IMG/VR virus record: IMGVR_UViG_3300010262_000228
DNA length: 20,000 bases
Strand: one strand, 5' to 3'
DNA from: an uncultured virus (IMG/VR IMGVR_UViG_3300010262_000228)
Lineage: Duplodnaviria > Heunggongvirae > Uroviricota > Caudoviricetes
Of the stretch, positions 1 to 8,243 are shown in pieces. The notes under the pieces are model-generated. The model worked only from the letters and a program-made list of their open reading frames with translations. It searched no databases and had not been told where the DNA came from. Made by a program: the position numbers and the translations under genes. Within the stretch, counting starts at the first letter, position 1; each line of letters starts with the position of its first letter.

Positions 1-308
1 TCAGCATCTACCGAGCCGTCAAGAAGGATGCTGATCCATTTTTCCTTATTCATATGATAGGCCGGAAAAATCCCCGGCTCCTGTCGCAAAGTGCCTGAGA
101 GCAGGGGGTCACATTTAACATTGACAACATCCACGGTTCCTTCACCGGAGAGGCCAAGCTTTGACCTGCCTACTTCCAATATAACTGCGTACCATTTCCG
201 GGACGGTTGATGCCGCAGCACGGCATTGTTGTCTCCCCATGGATAATCCGGCTCGGTTCCATATAGCCCTTTTGCCAGATCAAAAAGCTCTTCTCTGGTA
301 CTGCCCAT
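1..308 (-). CDS. MmcQ/YjbR family DNA-binding protein (3' end runs off the window)
   Basis: Not in the ORF track. Manual minus-strand translation from ATG 308 (GGGAGGG RBS at 321-327) gives MGSTREELFDLAKGLYGTEPDYPW..AVLRH..RKWYA..VVNVKCDP..PGIFPAYHMNKEKWISILLDG. PAYHMNK..W is the YjbR signature. Confidence 0.9.
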   Translation of the reverse strand, partial: MGSTREELFDLAKGLYGTEPDYPWGDNNAVLRHQPSRKWYAVILEVGRSKLGLSGEGTVDVVNVKCDPLLSGTLRQEPGIFPAYHMNKEKWISILLDGSVDA

Positions 309-518
309 GGATTGACACCACCCTCCCAAGTCTGCAAAAAATTGACCAAAATTTGCGGCCTAATCCCCATGCAAGACCGCTGTATACTCTTCCCATAGAA
401 TTAGCAAAAATATCGTTTGAATAAGAGATGTGGCTTTCCAGAACACACTTCTCGATGAATACGCCTTTCAATTATTTGCATGAAGGCCGCAAGAAATCAA
501 GATGCACTCAGGGTATGA

Positions 519-554
519 GAAAACCGCAAAATCGCCATCTAATTTTGCGGTCTT
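519..554 (-). terminator. Intrinsic terminator downstream of the XRE gene
   Basis: Perfect 10-bp stem ACCGCAAAAT/ATTTTGCGGT (523-551), followed by TTTCT on the minus strand. Confidence 0.6.
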
Positions 555-627
555 AATTTTCCTTTTGCACCATTTAACCGCACTTAAATAATACTCGAAA
601 GCGATTGAGTATACAAGCCAAGTCTGA

Positions 628-933
628 TTAGTCTGGGCTTGTATGTGATTCGAGCAAATGAAGTGCATCTTCCCTTGCGCGGTCGTCTGCATTGCGAGCT
701 GCAACCACTAGGGCTCGTTCATAAGAGGACAGCGTTCCGTCCTCTACTTGCTCCTTGCCAACTAAATAATCAATAGTGACGCCAAACAAATCAGACAGTC
801 TGATGAGGACATCAATCGAAGGCTGTCTGGTTTCTCTCTCATATCTGCTGTACACCATAACACTACAGCCAATGGCATCTGCCACCTGCTGTTGTGTAAG
901 GCTACGTTTTGTGCGTAAGTCTTTCAAATTCAC
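628..933 (-). CDS. XRE/Cro-CI family HTH repressor (ImmR-like)
   Basis: LKDLRTKRSLTQQQVADAIG..YSRYERETRQPS..LSDLFGVTIDYLVG. Start moved to GTG 933, which has GGAGG 8 nt upstream. Confidence 0.9.
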   Translation of the reverse strand: MNLKDLRTKRSLTQQQVADAIGCSVMVYSRYERETRQPSIDVLIRLSDLFGVTIDYLVGKEQVEDGTLSSYERALVVAARNADDRAREDALHLLESHTSPD

Positions 934-967
934 GGCATACACCTCCCGTGTAACTGACTTGATTATA

Positions 968-1058
968 CTACCGGTGCGGTTATATGAGTATGTCCGTTTT
1001 GGTTAATTACTTGTTGACGAATAACCAAATTGGCTATATAATATCTCCGTAATGGTTA
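968..1058. promoter_or_regulatory. Four operator-like boxes (CC-N5-GGYTA; idealised TAACC-N5-GGTTA)
   Basis: 968 CTACCGGTGCGGTTA; 991 TGTCCGTTTTGGTTA; 1022 TAACCAAATTGGCTA; 1044 TCTCCGTAATGGTTA. Confidence 0.65.
1014..1042 (+). promoter_or_regulatory. sigmaA promoter for the ATPase-recombinase operon
   Basis: TTGACG (1014-1019), 17 nt spacer, TATAAT (1037-1042). Confidence 0.8.
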
Positions 1059-1082
1059 TTATGTTGCGAGGAGGTGTTATCC

Positions 1083-2078
1083 GTGAACGAGGCTTTATGC
1101 GTGTACTATTCATCAGTCGAAAGCAAAAAAGTCGACTGGTTATGGTATCCGTATATTCCTTACGGAAAGCTAACCTTGCTGCAAGGTGATCCCGGCGAAG
1201 GAAAATCAACCTTCATTATCAATGTAGCCGCTCGATTAACTAATGGTGAGGCCATGCCAGGGACTTCGGATGCGGGTACCCCCCAAACGGTGATTTACCA
1301 ATGTGCGGAGGATAATGTCGCAGATACCATCAAACCTCGATTAGTTGCTGCGGGAGCTGACTGCTCCCGAATTGCATTTATTGCAGATGAAAGCGAACAG
1401 CTTACATTAGAAGATCAGCGCATCGAGCAGGCCATAAAGGAAACGAAAGCTCGACTGCTTATCATAGATCCATTACAGGCTTTTATGGCACAAGACGGTG
1501 ATATGCAAAATGCCGTTCGTGTGCGCACAGTCCTTCGCAAGCTGGCAAATGTGGCCGATAGAAATAATTGTGCCGTTGTTATGATTGGTCACATGAATAA
1601 AGGTGTCGGTGGAAAGAACCTGTATAGAAGTTTGGGGAGCATTGACATAGCAGCAATCTCAAGAAGCGTCCTTATGATTGCAAGGGATAATGCAGATCCA
1701 AATCTGCGGTATATGTTTCCGGTTAAAAGCAGTCTTGCCGCTGAAGGAAGCCCGATTGCCTTCCGTATGGATGAAAAACGTGGCTTTACATGGATTGGTA
1801 AATGTGCCATGGGAGATTCTGTCAAGAATGAGGATGCAAACATATCCAAATTGGATCTCGCGCGTAGCTTTATTGTCGATATCCTCGCAGATGGTCCCGC
1901 TCCCGCAAAAGACATTATTGGCGACTTAGCAAAATTGAGTATTGGTCAAAGAACCGTTGAGAGCGCTAAGAAAGCACTTGGCGTCAAGTCACATCGCATT
2001 GGTTCTGCGTGGTTCTGGTCTTTGGACGGGAACTATGAACAAAGAACGGGAGGTCATTCAGTATGCGATATCGAGTAG
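1083..2078 (+). CDS. AAA_25 / RepA-like (RecA-fold) ATPase, putative replication helicase
   Basis: WLWYPYIPYGKLTLLQGDPGEGKST (Walker A), LLIIDP (Walker B), GHMNK..GSIDI..SRS, and a C-terminal wHTH-like RTVESAKKALGV..W.W. GTG 1083 follows GGAGG. Confidence 0.85.
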   Translation: MNEALCVYYSSVESKKVDWLWYPYIPYGKLTLLQGDPGEGKSTFIINVAARLTNGEAMPGTSDAGTPQTVIYQCAEDNVADTIKPRLVAAGADCSRIAFIADESEQLTLEDQRIEQAIKETKARLLIIDPLQAFMAQDGDMQNAVRVRTVLRKLANVADRNNCAVVMIGHMNKGVGGKNLYRSLGSIDIAAISRSVLMIARDNADPNLRYMFPVKSSLAAEGSPIAFRMDEKRGFTWIGKCAMGDSVKNEDANISKLDLARSFIVDILADGPAPAKDIIGDLAKLSIGQRTVESAKKALGVKSHRIGSAWFWSLDGNYEQRTGGHSVCDIE

Positions 2079-2569
2079 CTGGATATGTAAAGTTGGCAAA
2101 GCTCTGGGAGCGTAGCCGAGATACTGCCATCCCGTATCACCATCAATACTACGAGAAGAAGTTTGAAGGACACCCTGATTTCGAGCTTGTGGATGTTTAT
2201 ATCGATATCACCGGACGGAAGGAAATCAAGAACCGGCCCGAAATGTTGCGCCTGATCAATGACTGCAGAGAAGGGAAAATCGACTGCATCGCAACACAGA
2301 CGAGAGCGTATCTTGCAGCCAACACCGGAGAGTTCTGCAGTTTGTTGCGGTACCTCTTTGACATGGCGAATCCTATTCACATCATCACCGAAGATGAGCA
2401 ATACAACATCAACACAATCGCGAACGATGACCATCAGAGAGAAGAACTCTATCGAATGGCAAGAAGTTTCACAGAGATAAATCCCGACGAATACCGAAAA
2501 TGGCTGGAGGATGTATTCCTCGGCATCGATAAATACGTACCGCAGGAGAGTGGAACCCATGGATACTGA
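2063..2569 (+). CDS. Resolvase-fold (serine recombinase N-domain) protein, apparently catalytically dead
   Basis: RVAGYVKLA, LVDVYID.TG...NRPEMLRLINDCREGKIDCI match the resolvase domain. The YxRxS nucleophile and D/SRxxR motifs are replaced by YVKLA and AYLAAN. Confidence 0.75.
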   Translation: MRYRVAGYVKLAKLWERSRDTAIPYHHQYYEKKFEGHPDFELVDVYIDITGRKEIKNRPEMLRLINDCREGKIDCIATQTRAYLAANTGEFCSLLRYLFDMANPIHIITEDEQYNINTIANDDHQREELYRMARSFTEINPDEYRKWLEDVFLGIDKYVPQESGTHGY

Positions 2570-4541
2570 TAAGCTCAAAGAAATGCCGGAAGCAACAGCA
2601 AGCGGTGAGGCAGAAGCTGTTGCCTCTGCCCCAGAAAAGCCTGTCAGCACATGGCGGCCACAGGATGCAGACCGTGAAATCATCAAGGCAAATATTCGCC
2701 GTAGAGTTTGGTCATCCAATGCGTCCCCAAAGGCACAATTCATCCCGGCCAAGCCTTTGCCCACCGTTCAGGATGAGGGGCAAAAGCGAGTGGCTGTGTA
2801 TGCCCGAGTCAGTACGAAGAGCACTGAACAGGTCTCATCGATTGAGAACCAGACTCGATACTATACCGAAAAGATTGAAAAGACCCCCAATTGGGATATG
2901 CAGGAAATCTATAGTGATGAGGGCATTTCCGGCGTCTCCATCAAAAAGCGTCCCGCATTCCTTCGCATGATCGATGATGCCAGCCATAAACGGATGGATC
3001 TTATTCTCTGTGCCAGTGTCTCGAGATTTGCTCGTAATATGTCCGAATGCTTGGAGCAGATCCAGATACTGAGGACGAAAAATCCCTCACATCCCGTCGG
3101 TGTTTACTTCGAAACCGAGAACATCTACACCCTCGACCCCAGAAGCTCCGACCAGCTCCAGATCCACGCAATGCTGGCTGACTGGGAATCCGCCAATAAG
3201 AGCAGACGCATGATTCTCTCCTATGACCAGAGAATCAGCACCGGACAGTATCCAGTTTCTGACTTGCTGGGGTATCGGCATACCGAAGACGGTCAGTTGA
3301 TCATCCAGGAGGATGAGGCGACTACAGTGCGCTTTATCTTCCTTGCCTACCTTGTAGGTTACTCTCTGGGCGAGATTGCCGATATCCTGACCGAAAAGGC
3401 AAGGCCGACCCTGAAGGGCAATACCGTATGGAATGCCGCCATGGTAAAGAACATCATGCAGAATGAGCGGCGTTGGGGACACCTCGAAGCGCGAAAGAGC
3501 ATCGTCATTGACCACAAGTCCAAGAAGGTGACCAAGAATAACAACACTCGTGACTCCGCCTACGATCCTGAACATCACGAGGGAATCGTCACCTACGAAA
3601 TCGCCAAGGCCGTACATATGGTAGCCGCAAGCGGCAGATCGTTAAAAGGTGGCATCCACGATTTGCACGTTATCGAAGAGGGTGCGCTGAAAGGATTTAT
3701 CTGCGTCTGCCCTGCATGGAGCGGTATGAACAGTCAGGCTCTGCAGGATATCTGTACAAGCGTATATTCCGATGATGAGTTCGAAGACCTGCAGTATAAA
3801 GCAAGTATCCTGCGTGGTGAAGCACATGGCAAAGTGGATTCTATGACTTTCTACAGCTATGAGGCACCTCCGGGCGTTTACTTCATGAACAGCAGGACAC
3901 CGTCTCTAACGCTTTCAAAGAAAAACATCAAACTCAATGCAGCTTGTAAAGCCCGTTTCACCAAGTACACCCATGTAGAAATCCTTTATCATCCTGTGCT
4001 TCAGGTAATTGCCCTGCGCGGCTGCGCGCCTGATGCTCCGAATGCAGTTCCTCTCGATGTTGATAAGGCGAATACTCCGATTCCAACCAATTCCTTCACC
4101 GAAGCTATCTTCGAAAAGATGGAATGGGTTCCTCGCTATCGTTTCCGTTTCCGTGGGATCGGTCGGGAGCGTGGCAACAGCCAAATCATGCTGTTCTTCC
4201 TTGACGATCCGCAGATCCTTCTCCCTAAAAAGGATCGGGAGCGCATAGAAGCAGAGAAAGAAGAATGTGAAAGCAATGCACGCTATATTCCCTATAAAGT
4301 GCAGGAAGAAGCTGTAGTGATGGAAGATAATCCCTTCCAAGTGGCCTATCCCGAAAAATGGGGTGGCCACCATATCGGAATTAGCTATGGCCTGTGTGAA
4401 CAAAGAAATTTGCTGCTCAATACCTTAACCGAACGCGATCTCCGTATCGAAGGCACTGCCGTACTGAATCCCCTGATTGGCATTTTGCCGGACCGACTTG
4501 AGGTTGAAGATGAAATCGAGCAGTTGCTTCTGAAAATGTAA
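2559..4541 (+). CDS. Large serine recombinase (resolvase + recombinase domains + atypical C-terminal domain)
   Basis: RVAVYARVST, YSDEGISG..KRPAFLRMI, SVSRFARN, ES.NKS, LLGY..EATTVRFIF, HEGIV. ATG 2559 follows AGGAGA. 660 aa. Confidence 0.93.
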   Translation: MDTDKLKEMPEATASGEAEAVASAPEKPVSTWRPQDADREIIKANIRRRVWSSNASPKAQFIPAKPLPTVQDEGQKRVAVYARVSTKSTEQVSSIENQTRYYTEKIEKTPNWDMQEIYSDEGISGVSIKKRPAFLRMIDDASHKRMDLILCASVSRFARNMSECLEQIQILRTKNPSHPVGVYFETENIYTLDPRSSDQLQIHAMLADWESANKSRRMILSYDQRISTGQYPVSDLLGYRHTEDGQLIIQEDEATTVRFIFLAYLVGYSLGEIADILTEKARPTLKGNTVWNAAMVKNIMQNERRWGHLEARKSIVIDHKSKKVTKNNNTRDSAYDPEHHEGIVTYEIAKAVHMVAASGRSLKGGIHDLHVIEEGALKGFICVCPAWSGMNSQALQDICTSVYSDDEFEDLQYKASILRGEAHGKVDSMTFYSYEAPPGVYFMNSRTPSLTLSKKNIKLNAACKARFTKYTHVEILYHPVLQVIALRGCAPDAPNAVPLDVDKANTPIPTNSFTEAIFEKMEWVPRYRFRFRGIGRERGNSQIMLFFLDDPQILLPKKDRERIEAEKEECESNARYIPYKVQEEAVVMEDNPFQVAYPEKWGGHHIGISYGLCEQRNLLLNTLTERDLRIEGTAVLNPLIGILPDRLEVEDEIEQLLLKM

Positions 4542-4551
4542 TGGAGGGCGA

Positions 4552-5259
4552 ATGATGAGCACAACCGAACAGAAAAGCCAGGGTTATACCGCGAAAGAAC
4601 AGGAACTTATCCGTCAGCTCGTTCAGGCCCGGTTAGAGCAAAAGAGCGAGTTGGGTTATGAGAGCTTGGAAAGCTATGAATTGCCTCCCCGCACACAATT
4701 CTCTATGCTCAACAAACCGGCAGTCAGTATCAAGCATAGAGAAATGACCTTCAATATGGCGTGTATTCGTCTGTTTGAAGGTGTACAATTCATCCTCCCC
4801 TTCACCAGCCGCACGAAGAAGCGTTTGGCCGTGGCCACCTGTAACGAAGAAGAGGCTGAATCTGTCCAATGGGCACGCATCAATAACAAAGGGGCTTGGG
4901 CAAACAGAACTATCGTGTCTGAAGAGTATCTGCATAAGATCTTTGAATTCATGCACTGGGACCCGAACTGCCGCTACAAGGTAATGGGGCGCGTTACGAA
5001 CTCGGATCGTGGTCTCATCCTCGTCTTTGATTTGGACGAAGCGATTCTCTTTACCACACCCGAAGAATATGTGGACAGAAGAACTGGCGAGGTCAAGAAA
5101 CGCACGATCAAGTATTATCCTGACGAATACAGGGAGCGAATCGGAAAGTCCTACAAGGATTATCTCGAGAAATATCAGATGAGTATGTTCGAGCAGCTCA
5201 GTGATTATGGCAGCGAGGATGAACAGCAAGCCCCCGCACCTAGTTTCAGTGGGTATTAA
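4552..5259 (+). CDS. Recombinase-associated protein homologous to the LSR C-terminal domain
   Basis: GGAGG RBS, 10 nt after the LSR stop. Motifs P..S..FNMAC..F, IFEFMHWDP..RY...G, FDLDEA and YPDEY..IGKSY align with the LSR C-terminus. Confidence 0.8.
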   Translation: MMSTTEQKSQGYTAKEQELIRQLVQARLEQKSELGYESLESYELPPRTQFSMLNKPAVSIKHREMTFNMACIRLFEGVQFILPFTSRTKKRLAVATCNEEEAESVQWARINNKGAWANRTIVSEEYLHKIFEFMHWDPNCRYKVMGRVTNSDRGLILVFDLDEAILFTTPEEYVDRRTGEVKKRTIKYYPDEYRERIGKSYKDYLEKYQMSMFEQLSDYGSEDEQQAPAPSFSGY

Positions 5260-5269
5260 GGAGGGCAGT

Positions 5270-5650
5270 ATGAGTAACGGAGAAAAGAGCGCAACCGCAA
5301 AGACTCTGAGTCTTATTCTCACTATCAAGAGTTTAAGAAACAAAATATATGTAGGAAAAGACATCGTTCGAGTTCTCGGTGCCCCTAGATATGTATGCGT
5401 AAAAATCAATGAGGATATGTCCTCTCTTGCCATTCAGCCCGGTGATGAGAAGGAATATATGTCATTTAAGGTCCCAGAAAAACTATTCCTCTCTCACAAA
5501 TGCGAATTCACCATAAACAGCAAGAGTTTTGTGAATGATCTGCTCAAAGCAAACAACCTAGACCCTACAAAGAATCACCCGATTACTGGAGTGTATTCCG
5601 AAAAGACAAACTCCGTCATTTTCAAAATCAATCCCGATACGGAGAACTGA
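5270..5650 (+). CDS. Small recombinase-operon hypothetical protein (beta-rich, possibly the same fold)
   Basis: AAGGAGG RBS then ATG 5270. NKIYVGKDIVRVLGAPRYVCVKIN..LAIQPG..INSKSFV. 126 aa. Confidence 0.75.
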   Translation: MSNGEKSATAKTLSLILTIKSLRNKIYVGKDIVRVLGAPRYVCVKINEDMSSLAIQPGDEKEYMSFKVPEKLFLSHKCEFTINSKSFVNDLLKANNLDPTKNHPITGVYSEKTNSVIFKINPDTEN

Positions 5651-5660
5651 CATCGTAATG

Positions 5661-5692
5661 AAACAAAAGCACCCCGCCGAGCGACGAGGTGC
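5661..5692 (-). terminator. Intrinsic terminator of the 5704-6429 gene
   Basis: Minus strand GCACCUCGUCG-CU-CGGCGGGGUGC followed by UUUUGUUU. The stem pairs fully with G-U pairs on the minus strand. Confidence 0.75.
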
Positions 5693-5703
5693 GGTCAATG
5701 TAT

Positions 5704-6429
5704 TTACTTGCGTTTCGCTTCCAGATCGGATTCCTTGATGGTTCTACTGTTGGCGTACCATGCGGAGCGTTTGTTGCTCCATCTACCGCCACGTGCCTCA
5801 ATCAGTTCCTTGTGTGCGTCAGTATCCCCAGACAGCCAGATAACCGGAGAATCGGTCTGTGCTCCCTTGATGGTAGTAGTCACACCCTCCAGGTCGGCAA
5901 AGCGTGTTGCAATCATTTCTGCAATGCTGACTTCTGACGGATGTTCAGATTGATGCAGCTCTACAGGCGCATCATCGCTCAAAGCATCGAAAAGTGCATT
6001 CGCGTAGACAAGCAGTGTCGCCCGTTCCTTCCGTGAGAGATTGCTCGGAAACGGTTCACGAAGTTGTTCGGCTAGACGGCGGGCGCGCCGAATATATTTC
6101 GGTGTGCGGGGAGATTGGTAGCACAAGGATGCCTTTGCACCACGGAACCCCAAACGGTTCAACTCTTCTATCGTCTCCTGGTCTGGCTGTTGATCAAAAA
6201 CAAAGCAGATGCGATTCGTCTGTTCATTTGTCTGATACTGCCCACCAGGAAACCAACCCACTTCGTGCTCCATGCGTTCAATCCGTTGTTGCTGACGAAT
6301 GCGCTTTTTCGTTTCAGAGATAGCACTATTGTTTCTTGGAGAGGCAGCTTCTAACTGAGAAAGCCTTGCTGTCAGTTTTTCCAATGCCTGGGGATCATCA
6401 CTTCGGATGGGTTTTGACTGTGTGGCCAT
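5704..6429 (-). CDS. Phage/plasmid 'polyvalent'-type protein (DUF3560-associated C-terminal region + DUF5710-like GxRW..W domain)
   Basis: IRSDDPQALEKL..L, NNSAI..KKRI, NRICFVFDQQPD..LGFR; C-terminal IWLSGDTDAHKELIEARGGRWSNKRSAWY. Has its own promoter and terminator. Confidence 0.65.
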   Translation of the reverse strand: MATQSKPIRSDDPQALEKLTARLSQLEAASPRNNSAISETKKRIRQQQRIERMEHEVGWFPGGQYQTNEQTNRICFVFDQQPDQETIEELNRLGFRGAKASLCYQSPRTPKYIRRARRLAEQLREPFPSNLSRKERATLLVYANALFDALSDDAPVELHQSEHPSEVSIAEMIATRFADLEGVTTTIKGAQTDSPVIWLSGDTDAHKELIEARGGRWSNKRSAWYANSRTIKESDLEAKRK

Positions 6430-6465
6430 GGCCTCTCACCTGCCTTCCTTATCGGGGTCACAGAA

Positions 6466-6494
6466 AGTATATCACACGCCCCACCGAACGGCAA
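6466..6494 (-). promoter_or_regulatory. sigmaA promoter for the 5704-6429 gene
   Basis: Minus strand TTGCCG, 17 nt spacer, TATACT, with an extended -10 TG. Confidence 0.7.
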
Positions 6495-6518
6495 GACAAG
6501 CAAACTTCGCAACAGAAA

Positions 6519-6536
6519 GTGGTCGATTTCGACCAC
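6519..6536. repeat. Perfect inverted repeat GTGGTCGA-TT-TCGACCAC, candidate operator
   Basis: 8-bp arms just upstream of the phosphoesterase RBS. Confidence 0.55.
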
Positions 6537-6557
6537 CTTAAACCAGCAGGAGGAAAG

Positions 6558-7274
6558 ATGATTTACTATACAGGAGATATACATGGCTCCCATCATGAGC
6601 TAACCGCATTCTGCCGTGAATACAAGCTGACCGAGAAAGACACGGTCGTTCTTCTCGGTGATGTGGGTGCCAATTACTATCAAGACAAGAGCGACAGGGA
6701 TCTGAAGCGGGCTTTGAACCGATTGAAGCCCACGATCCTCTGTATTCACGGAAACCACGAAATGCGCCCGGCCACGCTCCCTTCCTATCTGATGAAGGAG
6801 TGGAACGGCGGCATGGTTTGGTATGAGGAAAAGTATCCCAATCTGCTCTTCGCAAAAGACGGAGAAATCTTTACGCTGGAAGGACTTCGCCACTTTGTTA
6901 TCGGCGGTGCCTACAGCGTTGATAAGTATTACCGACTCAGTCGAAACTATGGCTGGTGGCCAGATGAGCAGCCGTCCGAGGAAATCAAAGCCTATGCGAC
7001 CAAGCAGCTTGCCATTCATAAAGTGGACATTATCCTGTCCCACACCTGCCCCTATAAGTATGAGCCGACCGAGGTGTTTCTTCCCTTCATTGACCAGAGC
7101 ACTGTGGATGACAGCACCGAGCGTTGGCTCGACAAGATCGAAGATGCCATTGATTATAAAGCGTGGTTCTGTGGACACTGGCATGTGGACAAGCGCATCG
7201 ACAAAATGCACTTTCTCTTCCACTCCTTTGAATCTTCGGAACAATTCATGAGGGACAGCAACGATGAACAGTAA
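6558..7274 (+). CDS. Calcineurin-like metallophosphoesterase (phage/ICE type)
   Basis: GDIHG, LGDVG, GNHE, GGAYSVDK, SHTCP, GHWH. AGGAGG RBS then ATG 6558. Confidence 0.92.
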   Translation: MIYYTGDIHGSHHELTAFCREYKLTEKDTVVLLGDVGANYYQDKSDRDLKRALNRLKPTILCIHGNHEMRPATLPSYLMKEWNGGMVWYEEKYPNLLFAKDGEIFTLEGLRHFVIGGAYSVDKYYRLSRNYGWWPDEQPSEEIKAYATKQLAIHKVDIILSHTCPYKYEPTEVFLPFIDQSTVDDSTERWLDKIEDAIDYKAWFCGHWHVDKRIDKMHFLFHSFESSEQFMRDSNDEQ

Positions 7275-7301
7275 GCGGTATGGCTGATGGAGGTACGGAA
7301 T

Positions 7302-7643
7302 ATGGGAAGCAACGATGCTTTGTTAAACGAAATCAAGGACACCATAAATGGTATCAGGGCACTTATGGACAGAGCCTATCAGCAATATTCCTCGTTGGTC
7401 GATGCTGTTATAAATGATGAAATTACAGACATCAACCAGATCGAACGGATCATGGACGGTCTGGTTGACCTTGGCGACGATGTGCGTTTCATCGAGATAT
7501 ATAGAAAGCTTTGCCGCCATGTCTATCATCGGTACCCGCAGTTGGTGGGTGAGCATGTAATGATGTTTCGGGCGCAGTTCGAGTCCAACGAAGATACCGC
7601 TCAGAGCGATATTGCAGGACCAAAAACCACTCTCGAAGAATGA
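7302..7643 (+). CDS. Conserved helical hypothetical protein (paralog 1)
   Basis: GGAGG RBS. IERIMDGLVDL..FIEIYRKLCRHVY..YP. Confidence 0.8.
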   Translation: MGSNDALLNEIKDTINGIRALMDRAYQQYSSLVDAVINDEITDINQIERIMDGLVDLGDDVRFIEIYRKLCRHVYHRYPQLVGEHVMMFRAQFESNEDTAQSDIAGPKTTLEE

Positions 7644-7714
7644 CCTGCACGCAAAGAGAAAAAGCAATGTCCAGATAATTGGACGCAAGAAATTGTAAGC
7701 TGATGAAGGTGGAA

Positions 7715-8233
7715 ATGATGCAAAGCAATACTGGATATGAACAGATGCTCGAAGTCTTGAATGCGACAAAAATGCAGTCCCAAAAGCTCAAGGATGATAA
7801 CTACAACGATTACTGTCTACTGCTTCGTGCGGTAGAAAAGGGTCGTGTCACAAATGAAACTGAGCTCCGCAGCATTATGGATGGCTTCCTGGGCCACTTT
7901 GAGGAGGAACGCTTCCTCGAACTGTATGAACAGTTGTGTAAGTGCTGTTATGAAAAACACCCAGAACTTATAACGGAGCATGTAAAGCTGTTTCAGGCAC
8001 ACATTGAATGGATGGACAACTCTGCCAAAAAACATAGATTCCCCTTGGCAGAATCAGACTCCCGGCCTGTACCTGAACTGACCGGCGAAAAGTTCGAAAT
8101 GCTGACTATGGCATTAACACGCAGCATCCACAAGGATGATCCTTGGATGTTGGATAGGCTGAATGAAATCGAGTCAGAACTGAACCGCCGGAGAAGTGAA
8201 AATCTGGCTGATCGAAACGAGCCAGATGCATGA
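7715..8233 (+). CDS. Hypothetical protein, paralog 2 with C-terminal extension
   Basis: LRSIMDGFLGH..FLELYEQLCKCCY..HP..EHV aligns with the previous ORF. Confidence 0.75.
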   Translation: MMQSNTGYEQMLEVLNATKMQSQKLKDDNYNDYCLLLRAVEKGRVTNETELRSIMDGFLGHFEEERFLELYEQLCKCCYEKHPELITEHVKLFQAHIEWMDNSAKKHRFPLAESDSRPVPELTGEKFEMLTMALTRSIHKDDPWMLDRLNEIESELNRRRSENLADRNEPDA

Positions 8234-8243
8234 GGTAACGCAA

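Noticed and set aside
170..471. ORF-track ORFs 170-370, 239-424 and 280-471
   Set aside because: Shadow frames of the real YjbR gene (1-308, minus strand), which the track missed because its stop is outside the window.
4552..5259. Tyrosine integrase call for the post-LSR gene
   Set aside because: No R..HxxR..Y catalytic pattern. It resembles the LSR C-terminal domain.
2054..5433. Long antisense ORFs (2054-2764, 3087-3617, 3915-4403, 4633-5433)
   Set aside because: Antisense to well-supported genes, with no motifs or RBS.
6336..6557. N-terminal extension of the phosphoesterase in the ORF track
   Set aside because: Overlaps the opposite gene and its promoter. The strong RBS and the family start at 6558.
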